Of a DNA stretch of 64,000 nt, positions 8,992 to 16,513 are shown in pieces. Position 1 is the first letter of the stretch. Every line of letters starts with the position of its first letter. This DNA is from an uncultured Christensenella sp. (GTDB taxonomy: Bacteria > Bacillota > Clostridia > Christensenellales > CAG-917), in NCBI GenBank assembly GCA_910578325.1, contig CAJTQT010000003.1, positions 167,882 to 231,881 of the forward strand, in the 5' to 3' direction. The notes beneath the pieces are model-generated. The model was not told where the DNA came from. It made no database searches and saw only the letters and a program-made list of their open reading frames with translations. The position numbers were made by a program, and so were the translations under genes.

Positions 8992-9540
8992 TCAAAAAAT
9001 TTTCCGTGGTTCAAGTCGCAACTTTTTGCACCAACCGATAGCATCCGCTTTCACATGTTCAAAAGCAATGCTATTTTCGCCAAATTGACCTAATATTAAC
9101 TTACCTGCAATTTCATATGCACGTATTTGCTCTAAATGCTCGCTAACTTTTGCTTTTAACGAACTCGTGAGTGGCGAAAAGAAATTGTGTATCAACTCAT
9201 AAAACCTTGATTTCTTATAGGCTTTTAGCCCTTTTCTGTGTGCTACACGGCAATATTTCTGCCAAGCACGATACTTTGTATAATTTCTTTTAATTCTATC
9301 GTGATCTAATTCGTTGAAATCGGGATAGTAATAGCCTTCTTTTCTACCCTTATTCGGACAAAACATCAAAAATAGTTCCTCATCGCTTACAGACTTGGAC
9401 ACGGGAATGGCTAAATTAAGTTCTTTTGCCCTTTTAATAGTTTTTATCACTGTAGTACGAGAGCATTCGCAAATTTTAGCTATCTGCGTATTGGTATTGC
9501 CTTTATGATAATATAGCAAAATAGCTCGATAATTCGTCAT
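8992..9540 (-). CDS. IS21-family transposase N-terminal HTH-like protein (no DDE domain; remnant or domesticated regulator)
   Basis: SD GGAGGG. MTNYRAILLYYHKGNTNTQIAKICECSRTTVIKTIKRAKELNL...YYYPDFNELDHDRIKRNYTKYRAWQKY resembles the IstA N-terminus (HTH plus the PDxxxxHxEL...LLWxEY segment). The ORF ends at 182 aa with no catalytic core. Confidence 0.5.
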   Translation of the reverse strand: MTNYRAILLYYHKGNTNTQIAKICECSRTTVIKTIKRAKELNLAIPVSKSVSDEELFLMFCPNKGRKEGYYYPDFNELDHDRIKRNYTKYRAWQKYCRVAHRKGLKAYKKSRFYELIHNFFSPLTSSLKAKVSEHLEQIRAYEIAGKLILGQFGENSIAFEHVKADAIGWCKKLRLEPRKIF

Positions 9541-9647
9541 AACACCCTCCTATTTGTTTTAAATTCTATCAAATTTTTTTGATTAAATCAAGTGTTCAAG
9601 TAGAATGGAAAAATATTTTTTTAATTATATTTTTAGTGTTTTTGAAC

Positions 9648-9684
9648 ATAAAAATAGGACTTATTTCGCATTGAAATAAGTCCT
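9648..9684 (-). terminator. ppdK terminator at the island/backbone junction
   Basis: 12-bp stem aggacttatttc/gaaataagtcct (9656-9667 / 9673-9684), followed on the minus strand by a T-rich run. Confidence 0.75.
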
Positions 9685-9725
9685 AAATTACAATATATTG
9701 TGTTTACTTTATAGCCGCACCACTA

Positions 9726-12374
9726 TCACTTGGACCTTGGATGACGGATATTAGCCTGCGCCGCCGCAAGTCTTGCAATCGGGACACGGAAAGGCGAGCA
9801 GGACACGTAATCAAGTCCGATTGCGTGGCAGAACTCGATTGATGACGGATCACCGCCGTGTTCGCCGCAAATTCCGCAGTGGATATTCTTGCGCACGGAA
9901 TGTCCCATCTCAACAGCCAACTTCATCAATTTACCTACGCCGATGGTGTCAAGTCTTGCAAACGGGTCGGATTCGTAAATCTTCGCCTGATAGTAACTCG
10001 GCAGGAACTTGCTTGCGTCGTCACGGCTGAATCCGAACGTCATCTGAGTAAGGTCGTTGGTACCGAAGCAGAAGAACTCGGCTTCGATTGCGATTTCGTC
10101 CGCGGTAAGAGCCGCTCTGGGGATTTCAATCATCGTACCGACTTCATATTCAAGTTCAATGCCGGATTCTTTTATAACCGCGTCGGCTGTTTCGACAACA
10201 GTCTTCTTGCAGAACTTCAATTCTTTTACTTCGCCGATAAGCGGAATCATAATTTCGGGAACGACTTTCCAGTCGGGGTGACGTTTCTGAACGTTGATAG
10301 CCGCTTTGATGATAGCCTTTGTCTGCATAACCGCGATTTCGGGATACGTGACCGCAAGACGGCATCCGCGATGTCCCATCATCGGGTTGAATTCGTGCAG
10401 GCTGTCGCAGAGCATCTTAATTTCTTCGACGGTCTTGCCTTTTGCATTTGCAAGGAGTTCGATATCCTTTTCGTCGGTGGGAACAAACTCATGAAGCGGC
10501 GGGTCGAGGAAACGGATTGTAACAGGCATACCTTTCAATGCTTCCATAAGACCTTCGAAGTCTTTTTGTTGCATCGGCTCGATAGCGTCGAGTGCTTTCT
10601 TGCGCTCTTCAACGGTATCGGAGCAGATCATCTCGCGGAATTTATCGATTCTGCCGGGTCCGAAGAACATGTGTTCGGTACGGGTAAGACCGATACCCTG
10701 TGCGCCGAGTTCTGCAGCGCGCTGAGCATCTTCGGGCGTATCCGCATTTGTACGCACGCCGAGTGCTTTATACTTATCGGCAAGTTTCATAATTCTGCCG
10801 AAGTAGCCGCTGTTGGGATCTGCGGGAACGGTTTTGATGCTGATATCGTAAATATTACCGGTGGAGCCGTCCAAAGAAAGTTCGTCACCCTCGTGGAACA
10901 CCTTGCCGCCGAGTTCGAAGAACTTCTCTTCTTCGTGCATCTTGATGTCGCCGCAACCGGAAACGCAACAGGTTCCCATTCCGCGGGCGACAACCGCCGC
11001 GTGAGAGGTCTGACCGCCGCGAACGGTAAGGATACCCTGAGCATATTTCATACCCTCGATATCTTCGGGAGAAGTTTCGAGTCTGACAAGAATGACCTTC
11101 TTGCCCGCTTTGCCGAGTTCGACAGCGTCTTCAGGGGTGAATACAATCGTACCCGCCGCCGCACCGGGAGATGCCGCGATACCTTTGCCGACAACGTTTT
11201 CTTTATCCGCTTTTTTGAGCGCAGCGGTATCGAAAGTCGGGTGCAGGAGCATATCGAGCGTCTTAGCGTCGATTTGGAGAAGAGCCTCTTTTTCGGTTAT
11301 CATACCCTCGTCGATGAGGTCGCAGGCAATGCGGATAGCCGCCGCCGCAGTACGCTTACCGTTTCTGGTTTGGAGCATATAAAGTTTGCCTTTTTCAATG
11401 GTAAACTCCATATCCTGCATATCTCTGTAATGGTTTTCGAGAGTCTTGCAAACGCCGAGGAACTGCTCGTAAACTTCGGGGAGAACTTCCGCCATCGTGG
11501 AAATGGGCATAGGAGTACGAACACCCGCAACGACGTCTTCGCCCTGCGCGTTCATAAGGAACTCACCCATAAGACCGGGTTCGCCGGTAGCGGGATTTCT
11601 GGTAAACGCAACGCCGGTGCCGCAGTCGTCGCCCATATTGCCGAACGCCATCATCTGAACGTTTACGGCAGTACCCCAACTGTAAGGAATATCGTGGTCC
11701 ATACGGTAGATATTCGCACGCGGGTTATCCCAACTGCGGAAGACCGCTTTGACCGCCTCGAAAAGTTGTTCTTTGGGGTCGGAGGGGAAATCCTTGCCGA
11801 GTTGGTTTTTGTACTCTGCTTTAAACTGGTTTGCAAGTTCTTTCAGATCGCCTGCGGTAAGGTCGACGTCGAACTGAACACCCTTTTTCTCTTTCATCTC
11901 GTCGATGAGTTTCTCGAAATATTTCTTTCCGACTTCCATAACGACGTCGGAGAACATCTGTATAAAGCGGCGGTAGCAGTCCCAAGCCCATCTGGGGTTG
12001 TTGGATTTTGTCGCGAGCACTTCGACAACTTCGTCGTTAAGACCGAGGTTGAGAATGGTGTCCATCATACCGGGCATAGACGCTCTTGCGCCCGAACGGA
12101 CGGAAACGAGAAGCGGATTTTCCTTATCGCCGAATTTTTTACCCGCAATTGCTTCGAGTTTTGCAATGTTTTCGATGATTTCGGCGCAAATGGAATCGTT
12201 GATTTGTCTGCCGTCCTCGTAATACTGAGTGCACGCCTCCGTCGAAATCGTGAATCCCTGCGGAACAGGAAGACCGATGTTGGTCATTTCGGCGAGGTTT
12301 GCGCCCTTGCCACCGAGCAATTCGCGCATAGTCGCATTGCCTTCGGTGAACAGATATACATATTTCTTCTGCAT
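9726..12374 (-). CDS. ppdK: Pyruvate, phosphate dikinase
   Basis: 882 aa. LGGKGANLAEM, phosphohistidine motif GGQTSHAAVVARG, C-terminal PEP-utilizer motif GICGEHGGDP. SD AGGAGG. Confidence 0.97.
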   Translation of the reverse strand: MQKKYVYLFTEGNATMRELLGGKGANLAEMTNIGLPVPQGFTISTEACTQYYEDGRQINDSICAEIIENIAKLEAIAGKKFGDKENPLLVSVRSGARASMPGMMDTILNLGLNDEVVEVLATKSNNPRWAWDCYRRFIQMFSDVVMEVGKKYFEKLIDEMKEKKGVQFDVDLTAGDLKELANQFKAEYKNQLGKDFPSDPKEQLFEAVKAVFRSWDNPRANIYRMDHDIPYSWGTAVNVQMMAFGNMGDDCGTGVAFTRNPATGEPGLMGEFLMNAQGEDVVAGVRTPMPISTMAEVLPEVYEQFLGVCKTLENHYRDMQDMEFTIEKGKLYMLQTRNGKRTAAAAIRIACDLIDEGMITEKEALLQIDAKTLDMLLHPTFDTAALKKADKENVVGKGIAASPGAAAGTIVFTPEDAVELGKAGKKVILVRLETSPEDIEGMKYAQGILTVRGGQTSHAAVVARGMGTCCVSGCGDIKMHEEEKFFELGGKVFHEGDELSLDGSTGNIYDISIKTVPADPNSGYFGRIMKLADKYKALGVRTNADTPEDAQRAAELGAQGIGLTRTEHMFFGPGRIDKFREMICSDTVEERKKALDAIEPMQQKDFEGLMEALKGMPVTIRFLDPPLHEFVPTDEKDIELLANAKGKTVEEIKMLCDSLHEFNPMMGHRGCRLAVTYPEIAVMQTKAIIKAAINVQKRHPDWKVVPEIMIPLIGEVKELKFCKKTVVETADAVIKESGIELEYEVGTMIEIPRAALTADEIAIEAEFFCFGTNDLTQMTFGFSRDDASKFLPSYYQAKIYESDPFARLDTIGVGKLMKLAVEMGHSVRKNIHCGICGEHGGDPSSIEFCHAIGLDYVSCSPFRVPIARLAAAQANIRHPRSK

Positions 12375-12692
12375 TTAGAAGTCCTCCTAAAAGAATTCTT
12401 TTAATAAACTAATAATAACAAAATACAATAGAGTTGGCAAGAGGATAACTGTAAAAATACATAAAATTCAACGCCGAATTTTCCATAATTTTCTATGCAA
12501 CCGAAAATAATATCGATGTACTCAAAATTGTTGCTTTGCGGCATTTTTTTTGATAGAATGTTTATATCAATTTTTTATGAGGTGCAAATATTATGGATGC
12601 TGACCCTCGAAGTAGTCAACAAGTCCAGTAATCGCGCACACGTCTGAGGGAATCCGCGGCGTGACGCGTGTCATAAGCCGTAGGAGGACCTA

Positions 12693-13646
12693 ATGTTTCA
12701 AGTCTACAAGAAAGTAAACAAGGCAATCGTCGAAGTCGAAAAAGACCTCATAACCGAGGGCTACGATTTTTCCGACCAGTGGATACATATGTCGAACCCG
12801 ACAGATAAAGAAATCGAGTTCGTGTCTTTGGCTACTTCTATTCCCGAAGAATATCTCAAAGCCGCACTCGACTCCGAGGAGCGCGCTCACATTGAAAAAG
12901 AGGACGGCGTGCTTATGTCCGTAACCGACATTCCGATAACCGAAGAGGACGACGACAAATACACCTACGCCACTCTGCCTTTCGGCTGTATCTTTTCCGA
13001 CAAAACGCTGGTGACGGTTTGCCTGAACGAAACTTCAATCGTTTACGACTTGCTTGCCGGCAGATACGTGCGGGATTTCAATATCCACAAACGCACGCGT
13101 TTTTTCTTGCAACTGCAATACGTAATCGCAAAAAAGTATCTGCAATACCTTAAACAAATCGACCGCGCGAGCCAACGAGTCCAGAGCGAACTCGAAAAGG
13201 CGATGAAAAACGAAGGTCTCAGCGAAATGCTTTCGCTTGAAAAAGCACTTGTCTATTTCAGCACTTCTTTACGCGCAAACAACGCCGTACTCGAAAAAGT
13301 TCCGCGCCTTGTCAAATTTTACGAGGAAGACGAGGATTTGTGGGACGACGTGTTGATAGAAAACCGACAGGCTATCGAAATGTCAAATATCTACCGCGAA
13401 ATTCTCAGCGGCACTATGGATACCTATGCCTCAATAATATCAAACAACCTCAACGTCGTTATGAAAACATTGACCGCACTTACACTGCTTGTCGACACCC
13501 CTGCAATGATAGCGTCGATATGGGGTATGAACACCGGTGTTCCGTTTGAAGGCAAGCAATGGGGTTTCTGGGTTGTAATCGGATTCAATATAGTTGTTTC
13601 CATAATAATGTTCATCATTCTGGCAAAAAAGAAAATGCTGAAATAA
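12693..13646 (+). CDS. corA: CorA-family magnesium/cobalt transporter
   Basis: SD AGGAGG. GMN signature in IWGMNTGVPFEG, flanked by two C-terminal TM helices. Confidence 0.9.
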   Translation: MFQVYKKVNKAIVEVEKDLITEGYDFSDQWIHMSNPTDKEIEFVSLATSIPEEYLKAALDSEERAHIEKEDGVLMSVTDIPITEEDDDKYTYATLPFGCIFSDKTLVTVCLNETSIVYDLLAGRYVRDFNIHKRTRFFLQLQYVIAKKYLQYLKQIDRASQRVQSELEKAMKNEGLSEMLSLEKALVYFSTSLRANNAVLEKVPRLVKFYEEDEDLWDDVLIENRQAIEMSNIYREILSGTMDTYASIISNNLNVVMKTLTALTLLVDTPAMIASIWGMNTGVPFEGKQWGFWVVIGFNIVVSIIMFIILAKKKMLK

Positions 13647-13705
13647 GTTCCTGTCAATACCCAGTCGAATGAACGCGGATAGTTCCTGTAAAAATAAAAT
13701 ATCCA

Positions 13706-13740
13706 CAAAAAATCCCCGTATAAAATTACGGGGATTTTAG
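13706..13740. terminator. Bidirectional terminator between corA and the 248-aa gene
   Basis: Stem atccccgta/tacggggat (13712-13720 / 13728-13736), flanked by an A-run and a T-run. Confidence 0.75.
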
Positions 13741-13794
13741 TTATTTTAAGTAAGTTTTCGGCAATCTAAACCGTTGTTTAACCGTTTGCCCAAC

Positions 13795-14541
13795 TTATGA
13801 ATTCATAAGTGCGTACATAATCTTTTTCATACATCCGATAAGAATTTCTTTCTCTTTTGGGATGTCTTTATACTTCGCGTAAGCGCCCAAAAGCAACGTA
13901 GCGACGTTCATCTTCATACGCTTAGACATATTGAGCGAAAGCATATAATCCACAAGGTTGGGCAGTTTTACAAGTTTTGCGGGTTTTACGATTTCGTCGT
14001 CCTCAACTGGACCGTCCACGATATATCTGACTTCGGGTTGCGGTTCAGGCTTAGGCTCTTCCTTAACCTCGGGAGTCTTATAGATTTCTCTGACGATCTC
14101 CTTCGGCTCCTGACTCGGCATAACGACGTTGGTTGTAACATAAAAGTTGTTGTTCGGATTCTGCTCTTTCACAACCGTGGTTTCGATATGCTTGTCGTCT
14201 TTGCCGTTTTCTTCGATGACGTTCGCCTTATACTCTTCTCTGACAGGCTGTTCGACAGGAGGTTGCTGTACGTTCTGAACAGGAGTGATTATTATCGGCT
14301 GCTGATAATCGTATGTCCGATTCTCCGCATTTTGCTTAGCCTGTAAAGTATCCTTATCGAGAATAAGTTCGATTTCAACAAGTTCATCATCATCCTCATC
14401 CCTGATAATCTCGCTCTCGTAGAAGATTTTCTGCTCAGGCTGCAAATACACGGGAGGCGGCGCCGCGACGTTGGGATTCACGGTCCTGTTTACATTTTGC
14501 ACTTGCGTTGCATTTTGTTTTTTGTCTTTTTTTCCGAACAT
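13795..14541 (-). CDS. Hypothetical Pro/Gln/Glu-rich protein with a conserved C-terminal ~60-aa module (paralog of the next gene)
   Basis: No TM. The C-terminus AKLVKLPNLVDYMLSLNMSKRMKMNVATLLLGAYAKYKDIPKEKEILIGCMKKIMYALMNS closely matches the C-terminus of the 14598..16292 product. Confidence 0.7.
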   Translation of the reverse strand: MFGKKDKKQNATQVQNVNRTVNPNVAAPPPVYLQPEQKIFYESEIIRDEDDDELVEIELILDKDTLQAKQNAENRTYDYQQPIIITPVQNVQQPPVEQPVREEYKANVIEENGKDDKHIETTVVKEQNPNNNFYVTTNVVMPSQEPKEIVREIYKTPEVKEEPKPEPQPEVRYIVDGPVEDDEIVKPAKLVKLPNLVDYMLSLNMSKRMKMNVATLLLGAYAKYKDIPKEKEILIGCMKKIMYALMNS

Positions 14542-14597
14542 AATCCAATCCTGCCCTCAATTTAATTGCTCTTTATAAATGTATGCGCCAAACTTGC

Positions 14598-16292
14598 TCA
14601 TTTGCGTAGAAGCGCATTCATTACCTTTTTCATACAACCGACAACTATCTTTTTGTCCTCTTCACTGTTCTCGAATTTCTTATACGCTGACAGCAATATG
14701 GTTGCGATATTCATCATCACCCGACGAGACGGATTATGCGAAAGCATATAATCCACCAGATTCGGCATTTTGACGAGTTTCGCGGCTTTGACGTTTTCAT
14801 CGTCCTCCGCATACTCGTCTACAACAAGCACTTTAACGTTATCGTTTGCGTTTACGTCGCCGGCGGCTTCCTCGTCGGACAACGTTTCGTCCGCGTCCTC
14901 CGCGAGTTGCGCTTCGCCATCGATATCGTCTTCTTCTGTGCTACCTTCGATTTCCGTCTCAACCTGCGATTCGTCTTCTTCGACACAAACGGCTTCTTCG
15001 GTTATATCTTCTTCGACAAGTTGCGTACCGTTCGCGACGGCAGATTCTTCATCGGCGTCTTCGTCAATACCTTCGACCGCCTCTTCGATTTCATCTTCTT
15101 CTACAACGACCTCTGCTTCCTCTTGCTCATAATCTTTTTGCAACAGGTCGGCTTCTTCGTTTTGTTCCGTCTCCTCGGTTTCGGCATCGTACTCTGAATC
15201 CGAGATTTCTTCAACGGGAGCGTCTTCCGTCAATTCGCCGTCGATGCCGTCCGACATTTCCGTCCCGACAGTCTCCGCAATATCCGTTTCGCTTTCCGTC
15301 TCGGCAGCCTCTTCGAACTCTGACGGTTCTTCATCCGCAACTTCCGCGTTCGCTATTTCTACAGCAGACTCTTCCGAATCAGTTACACCTGTAAGTCCGT
15401 CTGCGTCGCTCTCCTGCTCCGAATCGTTTACAGCCTCGACGTTAATCTCGTCCTGTACGTCGCTGTTCTGTACGTCGCTATTCTGCGCATCGTTTTGCGG
15501 TTGCGCTTCCGCAAACATATCGGACTGAGCGATCAACAATTCGATAGGCGTTTCGCTCTCGCCGAAATCGAAACCTATATCTTTTGCGGTATTTCGGGCA
15601 ACGATTTCGTCCACTATCGCCGACAATTCGGCAAGCGGCGAAGAGTCCGTTGCAAAACTCTTTTCGACTTGCAGTATTACCTTCGCGTCCAAATCCTCTT
15701 GCATCGCACTCAGAGTATCGAGGCAAACTTTGCTCAGCGACCTGTTTATGATGACAAGAACGAGATAGATTATGCCGGCAAGCGCAAGACTTGCGCAGAA
15801 GATAACACCCATATCGCGGCCTTCGAGGGTGCCGTATCCCCAGAACGAAAACACCGCTATAATCAGCAATGCGATTGCGATAAACACGTTGGCGCGAATT
15901 TCGCGAACGCGTTTTACTTCCTTATCGTACACGTTATGCTCGGACACGATATCGCTGGGATAACCGAATCTTACGCCGAGGTACTGAACCCAGCAATCGC
16001 GCAAGATCGACGGCGCTTTCGCCGAAAAACACTGCGATGTAAAGTCGCTCACGTTATCGTCGTCTATAAATTCGACGTCGGAAAGATAGCGTATGATTTT
16101 TTTGCAGGCAGCGGTCAGTTTAAACCTGTATGACCCGAAAAAAGTGAGCGCAGTAATAACACCGATGCCTATCAACAACGAGATAACGACGATAAAATAC
16201 GTCTTAAAATCAATCTTCGGCAACTTGGCTGAAATATCCGCAAGCCACGTGAACGCCTTGGAAAAAAAATCCGTTGCTGACAGTGTTACCAA
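14598..16292 (-). CDS. Hypothetical 3-TM membrane protein with a ~230-aa acidic (D/E) low-complexity region and the same C-terminal module
   Basis: Track ORF is 14598..16358 (TTG). I prefer TTG at 16292, preceded by GGGAGG at 7-nt spacing. TM segments FIVVISLLIGIGVITALTFF, VFIAIALLIIAVFSFWGY, VIFCASLALAGIIYLVLVII. C-terminus AKLVKMPNLVDYMLSHNPSRRVMMNIATILLSAYKKFENSEEDKKIVVGCMKKVMNALLRK. Confidence 0.7.
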   Translation of the reverse strand: MVTLSATDFFSKAFTWLADISAKLPKIDFKTYFIVVISLLIGIGVITALTFFGSYRFKLTAACKKIIRYLSDVEFIDDDNVSDFTSQCFSAKAPSILRDCWVQYLGVRFGYPSDIVSEHNVYDKEVKRVREIRANVFIAIALLIIAVFSFWGYGTLEGRDMGVIFCASLALAGIIYLVLVIINRSLSKVCLDTLSAMQEDLDAKVILQVEKSFATDSSPLAELSAIVDEIVARNTAKDIGFDFGESETPIELLIAQSDMFAEAQPQNDAQNSDVQNSDVQDEINVEAVNDSEQESDADGLTGVTDSEESAVEIANAEVADEEPSEFEEAAETESETDIAETVGTEMSDGIDGELTEDAPVEEISDSEYDAETEETEQNEEADLLQKDYEQEEAEVVVEEDEIEEAVEGIDEDADEESAVANGTQLVEEDITEEAVCVEEDESQVETEIEGSTEEDDIDGEAQLAEDADETLSDEEAAGDVNANDNVKVLVVDEYAEDDENVKAAKLVKMPNLVDYMLSHNPSRRVMMNIATILLSAYKKFENSEEDKKIVVGCMKKVMNALLRK

Positions 16293-16329
16293 CGCTCTAC
16301 CTCCCGACAGTGTATAAAAACATAAGTAG

Positions 16330-16358
16330 ATTATACCGACAACGCAAAAAAAAATCAA
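16330..16358 (-). promoter_or_regulatory. Sigma-70-type promoter of the 14598..16292 gene
   Basis: On the minus strand: TTGATT (16358-16353), 17 nt, TATAAT (16335-16330). It lies inside the N-terminal extension of the track ORF, which supports the downstream start. Confidence 0.5.
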
Positions 16359-16513
16359 TAGGTTTTATACTAAAACTTTTATTCTTTCTTAGAATTTTAT
16401 CGCGTGTGGACATACACGCGCGTACAACCGAAAGTTTTCTATGCGTCGGTTCTGCCGGTTACAAGCCTCGGCAGCGGCAGTAATTGCAGTTTCAGTATGT
16501 GCAAAGATTGCGT

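Noticed and set aside
9858-12404. 848-aa plus-strand ORF, plus similar long ORFs at 60239..61825 (+), 48538..49773 (-), 45049..45897 (-), 39960..40865 (+), 30871..31767 (+), 31854..32585 (+), 41688..42278 (-), 15495..16133 (+), 52161..52823 (-) and 23370..23921 (-)
   Set aside because: Each lies antisense to an unmistakable conserved gene (ppdK, ABC exporter, potD, potA, groEL, pncB, lgt, comEB and others). Their translations are R/F/V/H-rich with no recognisable motifs and no SD. They are typical shadow ORFs in ~50% GC coding DNA.
12560-12692. Possible Mg2+ (M-box) riboswitch in the ~100-nt GC-rich leader of corA
   Set aside because: Only short local pairings are visible (ccctc/gaggg, cgcg/cgcg, acacg/cgtgt). 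The leader is much shorter than an M-box (~160-170 nt), and I cannot find conserved M-box sequence blocks. It remains an unclassified leader, and Rfam cmscan would settle it.
13696-13708. DnaA-box-like atatccaca
   Set aside because: It is a single near-match (one mismatch to TTATCCACA), with no cluster, no adjacent AT-rich unwinding element, and no dnaA or dnaN nearby.
14800-15500. Repetitive DNA that could be mistaken for a tandem-repeat or CRISPR-like array
   Set aside because: The periodicity comes from GAA/GAC/GAT/GCC codon runs encoding the acidic low-complexity region of the 14598..16292 protein. Only one short true tandem occurs (gtacgtcgct(g/a)ttct x2, about 15,456-15,485). There are no repeat-spacer units.
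16293-16358. N-terminal extension (TTG 16358) of the acidic membrane protein, and similar track extensions for addB (23252), addA (19963), groES (41694), PadR (26290), TetR (62389) and XRE-cupin (44530)
   Set aside because: In each case a downstream start has a proper SD or a promoter lies inside the extension. The extra residues are also not part of the conserved protein N-terminus.
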